Positions 41,269 to 55,620 of a stretch of DNA of 64,000 nucleotides are shown piece after piece. This DNA comes from the human T2T-CHM13v2.0 reference genome, Homo sapiens. The notes beneath the pieces are model-generated. The model saw nothing but the letters and a program-made list of their open reading frames with translations. It did no database searches and was not told the DNA's origin. Position numbers and translations under genes: made by a program. Positions within the stretch are counted from its first letter, which is position 1, and each line of letters opens with the position of its first letter. The stretch lies in the NCBI RefSeq assembly GCF_009914755.1, contig NC_060931.1; one strand, 5' to 3'.

Positions 41269-43936
41269 TGGGCATAAAGTTTCACTTATGCAAGATGAAT
41301 ATGACATAGAGATCTGCTATATACAATACAATATTGTGCACTTTAAAATATGTTAAAAGGACAGATCTCATGTTAAGTGGTCTTACAAAAAAACACACAC
41401 TCAAAAGAATACAAGTACGTTTTTAGAAGTAATAAGATATGTTTGGTTCCTTGATTGGTTTGATGGTACCACGGTTGAATGTATATGTCTCTAATGTATT
41501 TTTCCAATTAGAACTGTTGTACATAACAGGCTACCCATCCTGATTATTCATCTCTGCCACTCAAAAATATTATCGATTTTCTTGAAACATAATAATGCAT
41601 CTCATGCTGTAGCTATTAGTTTATGTTCAGCTATACCAACAGTAGACTGTTGTATAGTATCAGAAAAAAACGTGTATTTTGTCTTATGTACACGATAAAT
41701 AATTAGTCCAGGACAAATAAAATAGTGCAGTGACCTTCTGGGGAAAAATACTATCAATTTTCTCAAGTAGTGTTTGTTTGGTGTTAGTACCATCTAGTGG
41801 GAAATGTGAATAGTGTTCAAGAATTAAATCGGCATTGGAGAGTTAGTATTGAGACAGGCCTTGAACATTCACCTGGTCCAATATTCTCCATTATTCAAAG
41901 GAATAAACTGAGATTTAGAAACTTCAAGGACTTTCTCAAGATTTAGGTAAGGCTGAGCACCTATTATGTGAAATAAACTGTTAGGTGAAATGCAAAGAAT
42001 TGTGTTTACCACCAACATGGAGATATAAGATATTAGTAAGTAAAATGTGATGATAAAATATTTGAATTATTCAATATGAGTAAAAAACTACTAATAAAAT
42101 GAACACAAATTTCTATAAGAACTCAGAAGAGTAAGAAAAACATGCTAAACGTGCCGTGAGTAAAAATGCAGTTTTAGAGGAAGCGTAATTTGTGTTAAAT
42201 CTTGAAAGCTGTGTAGGATTTGGATAGCTAGAGAAGCAAGGAAGGAATATTTAATGCAATGGAAAGGAGAGAAAAGGAGATATTCAAGGAACAAAAAGCA
42301 AAAGAGTAAGATGAGAAAGTAAAAGGGCATTAACTAATTTAAGTGAAATAGCTATGAGTAAATCAATTTGGTATGAGAAGATAAAGAATAAATCACAAAC
42401 TCTAATCACTAAATTGGGTCAGTGTAATGAAGGACTTTTGTAATTCAAAGGCACAAAGCTTGGAATTGGTAATTCAAGTTCTTAAAGTAGCAGTGGTTAC
42501 AGTTTCAAATTATGACTACATATCAATAATTTTTTAAAAGGCAAATATCTTAATGGTTTATGAAAGAGTACTTCTGGCTTGAAATAAGATTTCCACTAAA
42601 GGATCACACATTGATTCAAAAGGTGTTATATTTCAAATAACTTAAAGGGAAGTGAAAATGATGTGCTTTGGAAAATTGTGTTGGATGATTCATAAAGTAG
42701 CTCTGATGACAAAGACACTAAGGTCAAAGACGTAGGTGAAAAGTTAGAATGAAATTGTGGCATGAAGTCCAGCTGAAAAAAGATTCTGACTAAATCATTC
42801 AACTTTATTAAGTATTACATGTGACTTAAGTGTGGAATAAAATGAATAAATGAAATAGAAACATAAAAAGAAGTGTAGTAATAACTGCCATTTATTGCTT
42901 TTTGGCATTATTGGGATTGTGCTTTACTCTGTCTCAGTTATTTTTGATATGTTCTGCATTCCTCACATTTTTATAACATATTTTTTGTATAATCAGAAAA
43001 ATATATTTTTTAAAACTGAATAAACAAAGAAGCTTTTTGCATTTAATTTTTCTTTAAAAGTTATACATTGACATGGTTTAACATTCTCAGGAGTATATAG
43101 TGAAGGAGTTTTTCTTGCTTGCCCGTGTCTTGGGAATGGATCTTGACTCCTGGGAGAAACAGCGTAAAGGGAAAGCCATAAATCCAACATTATTATTTTT
43201 CTAGCACTTTTAGTGGTTTCGGTATATTTATTGAGTAATCAAACTTTGCCTTACTGATTTGTGATGTCATAATCATCATAAACAAAATTTCAACATATAT
43301 TGAAAATTATGTGCTTTATAATTCAACATATATTGAAAATATGTGCTTTACTTAAAATCTTTTTATTCTGATCCATTGATGTGTCTCTCTAACCATGCAC
43401 CAGTAACAGTCTTCAAATCACTCTGATTTTATAATGTTTGAAAATACAAAAGACCAGGATTCCTCATAACTCTTCTCTTATAGAAGTGTCCTGCTGTTCA
43501 TTCTTTTTTCTTTTCCATGTGATTTCAGCATCATCCTGTCTACAGTTAAAACAAATCCAGTTGCGACTTTCACTGGGTTTGCATTATAATTATTAAATTG
43601 CTTAGGGGAAATTGGCATATTTATAATGTTCAGTCTTATTCAAGAACATGGTCAAGTTTGTTGCTTTAGTAAGCACTGTTACTAAGCTTTTTTCAGATAG
43701 TATTTACATGTTTTGTTAAATTTTGGAAATTTAATTTTCTTATTTTATTAGTAATTTGATTTTTTTGAATTGTGTTTAGAAAATAATGCAGGCATTCATT
43801 TTACTTTTGGAAATTAGGTTTATTTTAGGCTTGATATGTGGCCCTTCCTTCCTTCCTTCCTTCTTTCTTTCTTTTCTTTCCTTTCTTTCTTTCCCTTTCC
43901 TTATGAGTTTTCTACTGGCATTTAAAAAGAAGGTTC

Positions 43937-44235
<299 letters not shown>

Positions 44236-44600
44236 AAGAAGAAGAAGGTTCATTGTCTGTTTTCAGGTTTCAGAGACTGTGAAGTATTAATTATATCTAT
44301 TTTGTTAATTATGCTATTTAGACCTCTATGTGTTTTTTCCCATAATCTGATACAGAGTGAAAACAGTTGAATTCCTCACTCCTGCTAGTTCTATGTTCCT
44401 ATTACCTCTTGAGTCACTTCTAGATTTTGCTTTATAAAGGTTGACTTTATTTCATTTGAAGTTTATGTAGTTATAACTATAATATCTGCTGTGTTAATTA
44501 TATTATTTGGTCTTATTACATGCTCTTACATGACATTAACTTTTTTGTCTGATATTAAGATTACAATTCTTGCTTTACTCTGATATTAAGATTACAATTC

Positions 44601-44770
44601 ATAATTTTACTGTTTAAAAGTGTAATACTAAAGTATTGCATAGTGTCCCTAAGTACAAGAAAGCTGTGATATGCTTTTACAGAGAAAATATAGGTGTTAA
44701 ATAACCTTTGGCACACCATGAGTTCAATGTTAACAAGTCAACAATGTAGTACTTCCAAAAACAGAAACAC
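44601..44770 (+). mobile_element. Internal Tigger (MER82/Tigger17-like) fragment
   Basis: Aligns by eye to 47340-47505 (ataattttactgtttaaaa...aagaaagctgt...cagagaaaata...taacctttgg...aatgttaacaagt...agtacttcca). Confidence 0.75.
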
Positions 44771-46020
44771 AAAAAAAAGAAAAAGTATGCCACTACTCAT
44801 GCTTTTCTTTTTAAATATTATAAATCTCTTTGCTTTAACTCTGTTTCTTGTGAACAGAGTAAAATTGAACTTTGTTATTTATATCGAAACTCTAAGTTAC
44901 TTTAATAAGTGAGTTTGTCTATTTATAACTGAAATGTTTATTTTAGGATAGAGCATTGGATTTTATGTTAAGCTTGGTGGATTTGTAGCTTTAAAAAACA
45001 TGTGTTGTATGTTTTATTTTTTGTGTCATTCTAACATTGAAGATTTAAGATCATTCTAACTTAAGATTTAAGTTTCATTCTGGAGGTTATGTTTTAGATC
45101 TCTAATTTTGTGCAATATCCTTAATCTTCTGTTTCTTTACATTGAATTAATTACTTCCCACATGAATGTAATTACCTGTTATGGACAATAATGGAATTTG
45201 TCTATATACTCTTTATCCTGCCTTCCTGTCTCTCCTCTCTCATCTGATTTTAGTTGGGCATATTACCATTCTTAGTATTTATTCTTATCAATTAAATGTA
45301 CTTATATCTGTTTTACTTGATTTGCCAGATTTAAGTGAAATACTTTTGCTCTCAGACATTAAAGATGAGGAAGTCAGCATTACACAATCTCCTATCTTCT
45401 TTTCTTCCATTTTTTGTCATTTGTACTTATTTCTATATTTTCAAGTCATGTTTTTGGCATTTGCATTCTGCCCTGCCAGCTAAGTCCTCATATTTACTTT
45501 CATCACAGTCCTACAAATAAAAAGATTCAATGCTCACTGCCACTTCTGTCACTGATTTTCTGGGACTGATATTCTTTGGTTTCTGTTATGTTCTATACTA
45601 TTTGTGTCTTTTCATTTGTACAAACATTTGGCTGGGTAAAAAACTTGTGTGATACTTTCTTTCCTGGAGGATTTTTGTAAATGTTCCTTCACAAACTTTA
45701 GCTATGCTATTGGATATTGCTATGAAAATGTACAAATCTAGACTGACTCTATAAGTAGCTTTACTTTTGCCTAGCTAACCACATGATTCTCTCTTTATAT
45801 TTTAAATTTAGTAACATTACTAGGATGTATCATTATACTTCCATTCTGTGTCAATTTCCCAAGGACATAGTTTGCCTTTTCAATATCTAGATTCATGTCT
45901 AATTTTTACTTCAGAAGAATATTCTTGAATTATAACTTAAACTACTTTTACTTTATGACTTAAATTTTCTAGAAAATGAACATATCAGCACTCTTACACC
46001 TATCTTCCACATTTTTCATG

Positions 46021-46400
46021 TGTCAATTTAAGAAAAAAAGACACCAGAGAAGATTATCTCCCAACAAAACAAATGTATTTGGGAGTAAATAAAGAGAATT
46101 ATAATCTGGGATGTACTATGGCAAATACAGTGAGGGAAGAGTAAAGGAAAACTTTTATTGCCAATGGTTGAAGTTTACGTAAACTGCTCATAAATAGAGT
46201 TCATTGGATTCATTGGCTCAAAGCCAGAGATATTGGTTCATTGGTGGAGATGCTATTACTTGGCAAGTGTTAAGGGAACATCTTATCGGAATTGCTGCAA
46301 TCCTAAAGAATGTTTAGTGATAAACCTTATCATAAAAGTATGTGTATATATGAGAAACATGCAAGAATTTCTCGTGGAGTTATTTTTTAAAGTCCTTTAG

Positions 46401-46435
<35 letters not shown>

Positions 46436-46535
46436 CTCAGACAAGTAAGCATGAGTTCCTTTCCTTCATGCCCTCCTGACCCCAATTTGTGTGTGTTTGA
46501 CTGGTTACTTCATCCTGGTATCGGCAGCTTTCACA
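46021..46535 (-). mobile_element. ERV1-class solo LTR (family not assigned) containing (TG)n at 46404-46433
   Basis: Minus strand starts TGTGAAAGCTGCCGATACCAGGATGAAG and ends TTGACA; ~515 bp. Confidence 0.55.
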
Positions 46536-46769
46536 TTTCCCCATTCTGATCAAGATCTTTCTCCAAAAGCATTGCTAATTCATTTTCATTCTCTATTTCA
46601 ATTTGGGTATACTTGCTTTTATTATTTATATGCTCAATATTCCTTTGTGTGTTTCCAGCAATGTCTCTATTCTCCTTATACCTGTTCCAATTTCAACTTT
46701 ATTTCTGAAGTATTTTTGTATAAAATTTCATTTCTACTTTAAAATTTGTGTGATCATACTTTATTTCTT

Positions 46770-46848
46770 TTTTATTATACTTTAAGTTTTAGGGTACATG
46801 TGCACAACGTGAAGATTAGTTACATATGTATACACGTGCCATGTTGGT
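46770..46848 (-). mobile_element. Very short 5'-truncated L1PA 3' tip
   Basis: ttattatactttaagttttagggtacatgtgcacaacgtg...; TSD tttatttct. Confidence 0.85.
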
Positions 46849-47064
46849 ATTTATTTCTACTACATCAAGATATTTGAGTATTTTTGAGTCTCTGCAAAGT
46901 CTTGAGTCTCTGAAAGCTCTTCTTATTTTGTAAAGAAAAGGACTTCCTTTCAGAAGTGTTTGCCTACCACATTCATCTGTATTGTAAAACAAAATTCTCT
47001 TGTGATTTTTTTTAATCAGCCATTAAGTTTTCCAGCTTTTTCCTTGTAGAATAATTTGTAGATG

Positions 47065-48152
47065 CAGATATTCTCTTTATTTACAGATTCCGTATTTGTA
47101 AATATGCCTACTTGCTAAAATGTGTTTGTAGCCCCAAATCAATACTCAGGCTACTTTTGTGGTTATTCAAGGACGTGTCCAGTGTGGCAAACATTTGAGT
47201 CCCCAGATGTGCATGTTTCCGGCTGAGATCAAACAGGACAACGCTCTGTCTTCTTGGTTCAGCTCTCAAACTGTAAACTAGTGTTCTTTCTGCAGGCTAC
47301 CCCGGTGCCACATTTTCCATGTTCTTGTGCTTTTTGTTGATAATTTTACTGTTTAAAATGGCCCTCAAGTGTAATATTGAAGTGTTATACAGTGTTCCTA
47401 AGCACAAGAAAGCTGTAATGTGACTTTACAGAGAAAATAAATGTGTTAGATAACCTTTGGTACCGATTTAATGTTAACAAGTGAAAAATACAGTACTTCC
47501 AGAAAAAAAATAAAGAGAAAATTTACCAATCTGTATGTGAGACTACTCAAGAAAGTGCTAAAGTAGCAACTATAGTGTGCTATGAAGCTATGGCAGAGAT
47601 GAGTGACTAAATGTGTGTATGCATAAAATAACAGCTAATAAAAAGAAAACAAATAGCAGTCACAACAGCAAAACCACAGTGGGCAGCACTATTGTGAGGT
47701 TGAAAGCCAAAGAAATTTATGATCATATTATCTAAGATCAAGAAAATCTTAAACCCTTCTCAGCTAGTGCTGGCTGGGTCACATGTTACCAAAGGAAATG
47801 CAGCATGGAAAATGTTAAACTTGCAGGAAAGATAGGTTCTGCAGGTAAGAAAGCTGGAGAAGAATTTTTAAAATAAAGGCTAAGTGTTATACAGAAAAAG
47901 GATTACATGGACGAGTTGTTTTTCAACACTGATGAAACCAGCTTGTTTTACAAGGATATTGGCAAAGGAACTCATATAATGTGAATGCAAATTGTATTTA
48001 AGTTGATGAAATGCTGCTGTGAAAGGTTTGCAGGACTGTAACCCTGTATTTATTTCCCCTAGGAGCAATAGCTGAGGTTTTGTTAATTCCCCTCAGAGCA
48101 ATAGCTGAGGTGATTGTATAGAACATAATCCCTGTAAATAACAAGAATTACA
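47065..48152 (+). mobile_element. Tigger/pogo-family DNA transposon (MER82/Tigger17-like), internally deleted, with transposase remnant
   Basis: Degenerate TIRs (ctctttatttacag.. / ctgtaaataacaagaat); translation near 47755-47960 gives PFSASAGW...KLAG..GSA...EEF and FFNTDETSLFYK, pogo DDE-type motifs. Confidence 0.82.
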
Positions 48153-48659
48153 TTATTCTGGTTTTCTTTATTTTTAAAGCAGATGACTTTATTCCCCAGA
48201 CAAGCATGTTTCCAGGGATTTGTATGATGGAAGAGCCAAAACCAACAGAACATTTCCTTATGATCCAGGGTTTTCAGTGTGTTTGAGCTTTACTTTCTCA
48301 CAGCCAGGGAGAGTGTGCAACTTCAGGTTTTGTTGTTGTTGTTGTTTTTAACAATAAAGAATATCTTCTTTTAGCCTTTTCTACAAAGATAATCCTTTTC
48401 ATGCAAATGACACTTGCGGCATGGCTCCATATTTAGTCCATCTCTTCTACTTTCTGATCCAAGCCAGGTCCCTGGATGATCTTCCAAGAAACATTCCAAG
48501 CCAAATTCAGTAATTGCTTTAGCTTACTGCGTAGAGAGAGGTAGAGAGAACTCACCCTGTGGTCTCATGAAGTTCAGGAGAAACAGTTCAACTTCCTAAA
48601 TGCTAAGCTGATTAGTATTAACATGGCAAGGTACCAGAGGAGAAAGACATCTCAGAGAG

Positions 48660-48740
48660 ATCGAGTTAGAGATAGAGAGAGACAGACAGAGAGAGAGAGA
48701 GAGAGAGAACTTTGACAGAGAGACAGAGAGAGAGAGAGAA
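48660..48740 (+). repeat. (GA)n-rich simple repeat in an old L1M 5' region
   Basis: Read directly. Confidence 0.8.
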
Positions 48741-50007
48741 CTCCAGATATCTTCAGAGAGTTCTCCTCAAACCTGTGGCTGAATACTGATCAGCATATCT
48801 CTATAAGAAAACAAATGTGGCTGGGGAAAAACCATCAGAAACAAACAGGGAACAGTTATTCTCAGAGCTCACACCAGGCCAGGAAGAGTTCATGTTCCCA
48901 TCAGCTACAGTGAAACACCTCTTAACATATGGCCATTGAATAGAGTCCTGGAAAGTGGCAATAAACAATGGCATCAATAGTTGGATTCAATGGTGGTAAT
49001 AAGAATAACCCCAGATTAAAGACTGCTGTGGGCTTAACAAGGATTGCTAGCAAGCCCCAAAGGTCATTCTTAATGGGAAATTATTAAGTCTTTCACTTTC
49101 ACCATGTGAAGGGGTTGCTGCTTATTCCTAGTTTGATGGAAGTTTTATTATGAGTAGATTAATTCAATTTTTTTTCCTTTCTATTGTGAAATTTTTAAAT
49201 ATATAGAATTTTAATAGAATAATATAATGAACACCCATATCTCCTTCTACATTAACTAATTCTTAATTGTTAATATTTTGACATTTTCTATATATTTATT
49301 ATCCATTTATATTGCTTCCTCTTGATACAGATATAGATGTAGATATAAGATATAAATACATCAGTGGATATATATATTATGTATATGCTGAATCACTTAA
49401 AAGTACGTTTTAGACATTGTGAGTAAATCTTAATAGAATATATGTACACGTACATGCACACACACACACCCCTATATACCACGGAATAATTTAGCAAGTA
49501 TTTTCTAAGAACAAATATTAAATACAATATCATTATCACACTCATGAGTTTAACATTAATATGATAACACTATCTAAAAATGCCTCTTTGGGTTTCTATC
49601 TTGTTATTCAATTCAGGATCTAATCAAAGATTGTTTCAGAGCATTTAGTTTCTTACCTGTTTAGTCTAATTTTATCTCAAACCATTCTCTTACTCTTTGT
49701 CTTTCATGTCATTGGGATTCTTTGAAGAGTGCAGTCTACTTGTTTTGTAGAAGGTCCTGAAATTTGGAATCCTCATATCCAGATTCAGATAAAGCTTTTT
49801 TGGAAGTAATTCTACATAGACATGTTGTATGCTTCTCAGTGCATCACATCAGGAGACATATGATGTCAGTGTGCCCCATTATTGATAATGCTATTTGGTG
49901 ATTTGTTTAAGTGTTTTCCACCATATTTCTTCATTGTAAGGGTATCTTCTCCTTTGGGAATTCATAAGTACTCTACAGCATGAATCTGGGAGACTACCTG
50001 AAGATCC

Positions 50008-50549
50008 TGTCAGAGGTGTTTAAACCAGAGAAACTCTATCTTGAATAGGGGCTGTGTAAAATAAGGCTGAGACCTACTGGGCTGCATTCCCAGGAGGTGA
50101 AGGCATTCTTAGTCACAGGATAAGACAGAAGGTCAGCATAAGATACAGGTCATAAAGACCTTGCTTATAAAACAGGTTGCAGTAAATTAACAAGCTAAAA
50201 CCCACCAAAACCAAGATGGCTACCACCTCTGGTCATCCTCACTACTACACTCCCACCAGCACCATGACAGTTTACAAACGCCATAGCAACGTCAGGAAGT
50301 TACCCTATTTGGTCTAAAAAGGGGAGGCATGAATGATCCACCCCTTGTTTAGAATATAATTAAGAAAGAAACACAAAAATGGGCAACTAGCAGCCCTCGG
50401 GGCAGCTTTGTCTAAGGAGTAGCCATTCTTTATTCCTTTACTGTCCTAATAAACTTGCTTTCATTTTATGGACTTTTCCTGAATTCTTTCTTGCATGAGA
50501 TCCAAAAACCCTCTCTTGTGGTCTGGATTGGGATCTGTTTCCGGTAAAA
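50008..50549 (+). mobile_element. MER41A solo LTR
   Basis: tgtcagaggtgtttaaaccagag ... aataaacttgctttca ... tttccggtaaaa; 4-bp TSD ATCC; ggggaggcatgaat junction lacks the MER41B segment. Confidence 0.88.
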
Positions 50550-50689
50550 ATCCTATCTCCTAAGATATTTTCAGTCAATTATTTTAGCATCCACTGTTTG
50601 CTTGAATAAATTATTAAGTTGGCTCCAAGGTAGTAATTTCATAATTCTTTCAATTCTTTTTACATTTATTAGTTGGCATTCTTTTCTCC

Positions 50690-51147
50690 ATATCCACCCT
50701 CCATCTTTACCTTGCTCTCTGCCCTGTAAGACTGATCTGTAAAAACTACGGCTCTGCAGCCCTCTGGCTTCCTAAGTCTGGCTTATTGGAAGCAAAGACA
50801 AGAGAAACAGGAAAGAGGGAGAACTGTGAGGTCAAGAATTTATTCACTTCCTGCAGGGTAAATATGGACTGAACCAACTGACTCTGATTCAAGTTCCTAT
50901 TTAGCCAACCCTTCTACATAGTCATCCTTGTCTCCAGGTTCTAATAACAGCCATCCTCTCTTCTCATTTAGGCCTAGAGGTTGTATAGGAGTTTTATTAC
51001 AAGCTCAGAATCCTGCACTATCCTGGTATCTTGCACCCTTGCTTGTGGTTTTCCCATATTCCTCTCATACCTTTGTAAATAGTCCTTTTATTAAACTTTT
51101 CTCAAATGGCATAACTTGTGTCATTGTTTTCCTGCTATGACCCTTGG
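50690..51147 (+). mobile_element. LTR33-like ERVL LTR
   Basis: ccctctggcttcc..., cctttgtaaatagtccttttattaaac...tttcctgctatgaccct. Confidence 0.6.
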
Positions 51148-52029
51148 TGTTTCATTTGCTTTGCTCACTTCCTTTTATTTCTCTTTCACAAGAATCACAG
51201 CTGCATTCAATGGCTCTTCCAAACTTCTCTGGATTCCTGCTCATTTTTCCTCATGATGTTTTTACAACAAATCTTTTGGACATCTAGTCTATCTTGGCAT
51301 TTGCTGCTTGGAGGACCTAGACAAACATTGTAGTTTATTAACTTCAAGCATTCCCATGCCGTAGACTTTAGTTAAAGCTTATAGAAGAATTGAAAGAGCT
51401 GAATATGTTGCCATCAATTTAGTATCTATCAAGAAAGATTCTCTTGTACTAGCCTTTCAATAAAGGTGCCTGAATTGAGTGTGTGTCAAGGGGGTGGTTA
51501 GACTTGGGGTTAAAAACAACTGGGAAAGATATAAGCTAGCAGCATATGTTAAAATCAGAACCGTATTAACTTGAAGAAGTTCTAACTCATATCCTTTACT
51601 CTTATGTCTTCAGTTAATGTTGCCCTGTTTTTGTCTTCCTTGCTGTTTCCAGGGAAAGAATATTCAAGGCATTTGTTTGGATGGTGGAACTAGGGTCTAT
51701 GTGTAGGTCTAGAGATGGCACATGCACCTTCATGCTAAACTCTCCATCAGCAGAAAAGTGGAAAAGACTTTAGAATGAATTTTAATTTCTGGGGCTGTCA
51801 CTTATATGACCTTGGAAGAGTTCTTTAGCTTCGATGAACTTGTCTCTTATTTTATGAACAGGGAGGTAATAAATATTCACTTTTAAACATTTTTTTGAGG
51901 ATTGGTGAAACTGCCTATAAAGGACTTAGCACTGTGCCTAGAATATTGTAGGATATTTGGTCTATTATTTTTGTCTACATGTGTGAATTAGAAAAAAGCC
52001 CAATCTATTGATAAGATGTTTGGATCTCC

Positions 52030-52450
52030 AGTCTCCAAGGAGAGTGTCTCCTCACTCCACTTAAACACCAATGCTGGTGCCCCACAGCTGTGTAACCAGG
52101 ACTTGTTCCCAAAGGCCAAATGCCTGTGGTCTCTGGAGCAGTTGCCTGAAGAGTGCTGCTGCTGTAATTAATTGTGGTAAAGTTTTAATGAACCCCATAA
52201 GGATATTTTTTTCTGACACTTACTTTGTAAAACCTAAAATAGTTTCTATTCCTATGAGATCAATTATAAAGTTTTTTTTTTATCTTTGCCAAGATGCCTG
52301 AGACAACTTTCCAGCTGTGTCTTTTTAATGAGTTCTCCACATGGCTCCTGGGCCATTGGTTCTTCCTACACTGAGACGGCAGGAGCTCCCGGGGAGCAAG
52401 GCATGGAAACTTCTGAGATCCAGAAGATGATTTCCCTGGGAAGGCTCAGA
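52030..52450. promoter_or_regulatory. Candidate olfactory-receptor enhancer (Greek-island type Lhx2/Ebf cluster)
   Basis: Unique sequence with TAATTAATTG (52165), composite TAATGA-A-CCCCATAAGG (52186-52202), reverse composite TAATTG-A-TCTCATAGGA (52250-52266), CTTTTTAATGA (52321-52331) and O/E sites CTCCCGGGGAG (52386) and TTCCCTGGGA (52432). Confidence 0.72.
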
Positions 52451-53974
52451 AGTGCACATTCCTTTCAACTTAGAATCTCTCTAGATTCATTCACAGCCAC
52501 TGAGGGAGGGAGGAAGTGATGGAGAGTACTCCAGAAGGCCTTAATATGTCTCTTATAGATCAGGCCTTTCTCATTAGTTTTATATTTGAGTCTAGACTTT
52601 AGGCCTCTCAGCTCTGTCTTGTTGACTAGCAACTAGAGGAGGTGTACTATAGATCAAATCCTCAATATAGATATGAAAAGCATATCTATACTCTTACTAA
52701 CCCCAACCCCAGACTCAGGCTACCTCTGGTCTTTAATTAACCTGATGGATGTGCCAAATGATCCCTCACTCCCAGGAAATGTGCTTATCCACATACAGGC
52801 CAGTTTGGACATTCAATTGAACGAATTACTCAATTTGTGATGAAAAACATTTAATTTAAGCTACTTTGGAGAAATAAGTTTAGGTCTATAAGGCCAATTT
52901 ATGAAATAGACTGACATTTATTGCTGAAGTAACCAATTCTTTTGAGCTTTCATTCACATTGGTTTTTACACTTACCATCTGTCTGACATCTCAGCAGCAT
53001 TGAGATTAAGGTAATTGAAAAAAGAAGCCAGGGTGGATTCGATTTAATATAGACAGTCCAGTCAGTAGAGGTATTGCCAAGATATATCTGATGGAATTTT
53101 ATAAAGAGGCTTCAGCTCATTATTGAAAGGTAAACAATACTGACACTTATAAAATACTTCCTGGAAAAAAGTAAGCCAGCAAGGTACTAATAGTCAAAAA
53201 AGTTTCCTGGATATGTTAGGCAATTTTGTTTAGATAAATTCAATTTAATTTATATAGGGTGATCAGATGGTCAGAGGTTTTAGAGAGAAAGTTCTTAGAG
53301 TGAAGAATTAGTTAACAGAAATATACAATTTTAGGTGATTATAAGTGGTCTCTTAGAGCAGAGAACATTTATCATACATGTTTATCTCTTTTTCCTCCCC
53401 AGCTACCACTAAAATGGCAAAAAAGCAAAGGTATAATCCACAGAAAAATATAAAATTAGAGGGAAGACAGAAGCAGACCAGAGAAACTGCAGATTTCTTT
53501 TTCAATACAGAAAGGCACAAGGGGAGTAGTAACCAACTTATCAGATAAGAAGCTACCAGCTAACAAGCATGCAAAAGAGAAACCACTTAGAAGCACAGTG
53601 CATTCCTTTCAAGTGTCCCCAGGAAACTTCAGACTAGCAATAGTTGAAAACGAGAATACAAAAAGGGTGAAAACAGGGGTGTAAGCTGAAAGTCTATTAT
53701 TACAGCAGCTGAATCCTCTGACCTCTTTACCACCACCACTCGGTTAGGCAAAAACGTGCCCTAAGCAGGAGCCTAGAGGTTATTCTATGGAAAAATTGAA
53801 GATAAGGCTTAGATTGCAAAATCTTAGAGCAGAAGACAGTGAGGCTTGGGACTGAACTCAGAGAAATCAATAACCAATGTGAAGACCCAGGGAGGAGAGT
53901 ATGCCCCATGATGCTCCCTGCCTCTCAGTCTTTCATACTCAGGTACATTCTCTTCTTTCTCATTTTATAAATTA

Positions 53975-54370
53975 ACAATATGTTAGAAAGATCATTCATC
54001 ATGACCAGTGGGATTTATCCCTGTGATGCAAGGATGGTTCAACACACAAAAATCAATCAGTGGAATACATCATATCAACAGAATGAAGGACAAAAACCAT
54101 ATGATTATTGCAGTTGATGCTGAAAATACATTTGATAAAATTCAACATCCCTTCATGATAAAAAACCCTAAAAAAAAAGGAACATACCTCAACATAATGA
54201 AAGCCATCTATGACAGACCCACAGCTAGTATCACAACAAATGGAGAAAAACTGAAAGCCCTTCCATTAAAATGTGGAACACGACAAGGATGCCCTCTTTC
54301 ACCACTGTTATTTGACGTAATACTGAAGGTCCTAGCTAGAGCAATCAGACAAAAGAAGGAAATACAGGAA
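53975..54370 (+). mobile_element. L1 ORF2 reverse-transcriptase fragment
   Basis: ORF 54008-54403: [54 protein letters not shown]. Confidence 0.9.
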
Positions 54371-55173
54371 TCTGAATTAGGGAGATACAGTAGCTGTCAG
54401 TAGTATATTTGCAAATTTTTGTAAAATTATTTTAAAATAAATTATTTGTAAAAATTACATAATATTATGACAAAGAGAAGAAATTTTATTCTTAAAACAA
54501 AGTCATCCTTTGAAACTATTAAACTTATAGTAAATTTTTTAGATGTCAACTTAAAATAATGCAAGGGAGTTTGGAAGTTTTCAAAATTCTTTCAATGCCA
54601 ATGACTTATATCATGCTTGAATTTTCTACCTAAACATAAACTCATTTCTCTAATTCTAATTCCAATTAGATATCTTAACCTATTTCTATTTGAAAACAAA
54701 GGAATTAATAATCATATAATCCATTGGATGAATTTGTAAAATTTAAAATCAATGAAAAATCTAAAAGAATTACAGTTTCTCCATATAAAAACCCAAACAT
54801 TAAATGGAAACATATTTGTAGCAAACAAAAACGCAGAATCCATAACTCTAATGAATAAAAAGTGCATGTAAATTAATAACAAATATTGTTATATGCACGG
54901 TTTGCTGATATTAACTACTTTTTTCATTCATTCATTCAGCAAGCATTTATTGAGTGCTTTCCATTGGCCAGGTCCTGAGCCAGGCACTCTGGATAGGAAA
55001 TGCAAATGCCCAATAATACAATAATGTTACATTCAAATTTCCTAGTAATCAGACATATCCAAATTAGAAAGTTGTAGTTTTAGACTATCAAATTGTTGAA
55101 GACAGTTTAGAAATTATATGCAGGCACACTGAGAGAAACATGAAAGCAGGGAGTTGTTTAAAAAATTAGTTGG

Positions 55174-55442
<269 letters not shown>

Positions 55443-55454
55443 AAAAAATTAGTT

Positions 55455-55620
55455 GGGAGGGAGTGCATCAGGATAAATAGCTCATGCCTGCAGGGCTTAA
55501 TACGTAGATGATGGGTTGATAGTTGCAGCAAACCATCATGGCATATATTTACCTATATAACAAAACTGCACATTCTGCACATGTATCCCAGAACATAAAA
55601 TAAAATAAAATAAAATTTTA
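55455..55620 (+). mobile_element. Short 5'-truncated L1PA 3' UTR
   Basis: gcatcaggataaatagct...gcagcaaaccatcatggca...catgtatcccagaac, (taaaa)n tail; TSD AAAAAATTAGTT. Confidence 0.85.

Noticed and set aside
43288-43350. Short tandem duplication with small hairpin (ttcaacatatattgaa) in old L1
   Set aside because: Ordinary local slippage duplication in AT-rich repeat DNA with no evidence of function.
50008-50549. MER41 as an interferon-gamma/STAT1 enhancer
   Set aside because: This copy has the MER41A junction (ggggaggcatgaat) and lacks the segment carrying the tandem GAS sites found in MER41B.
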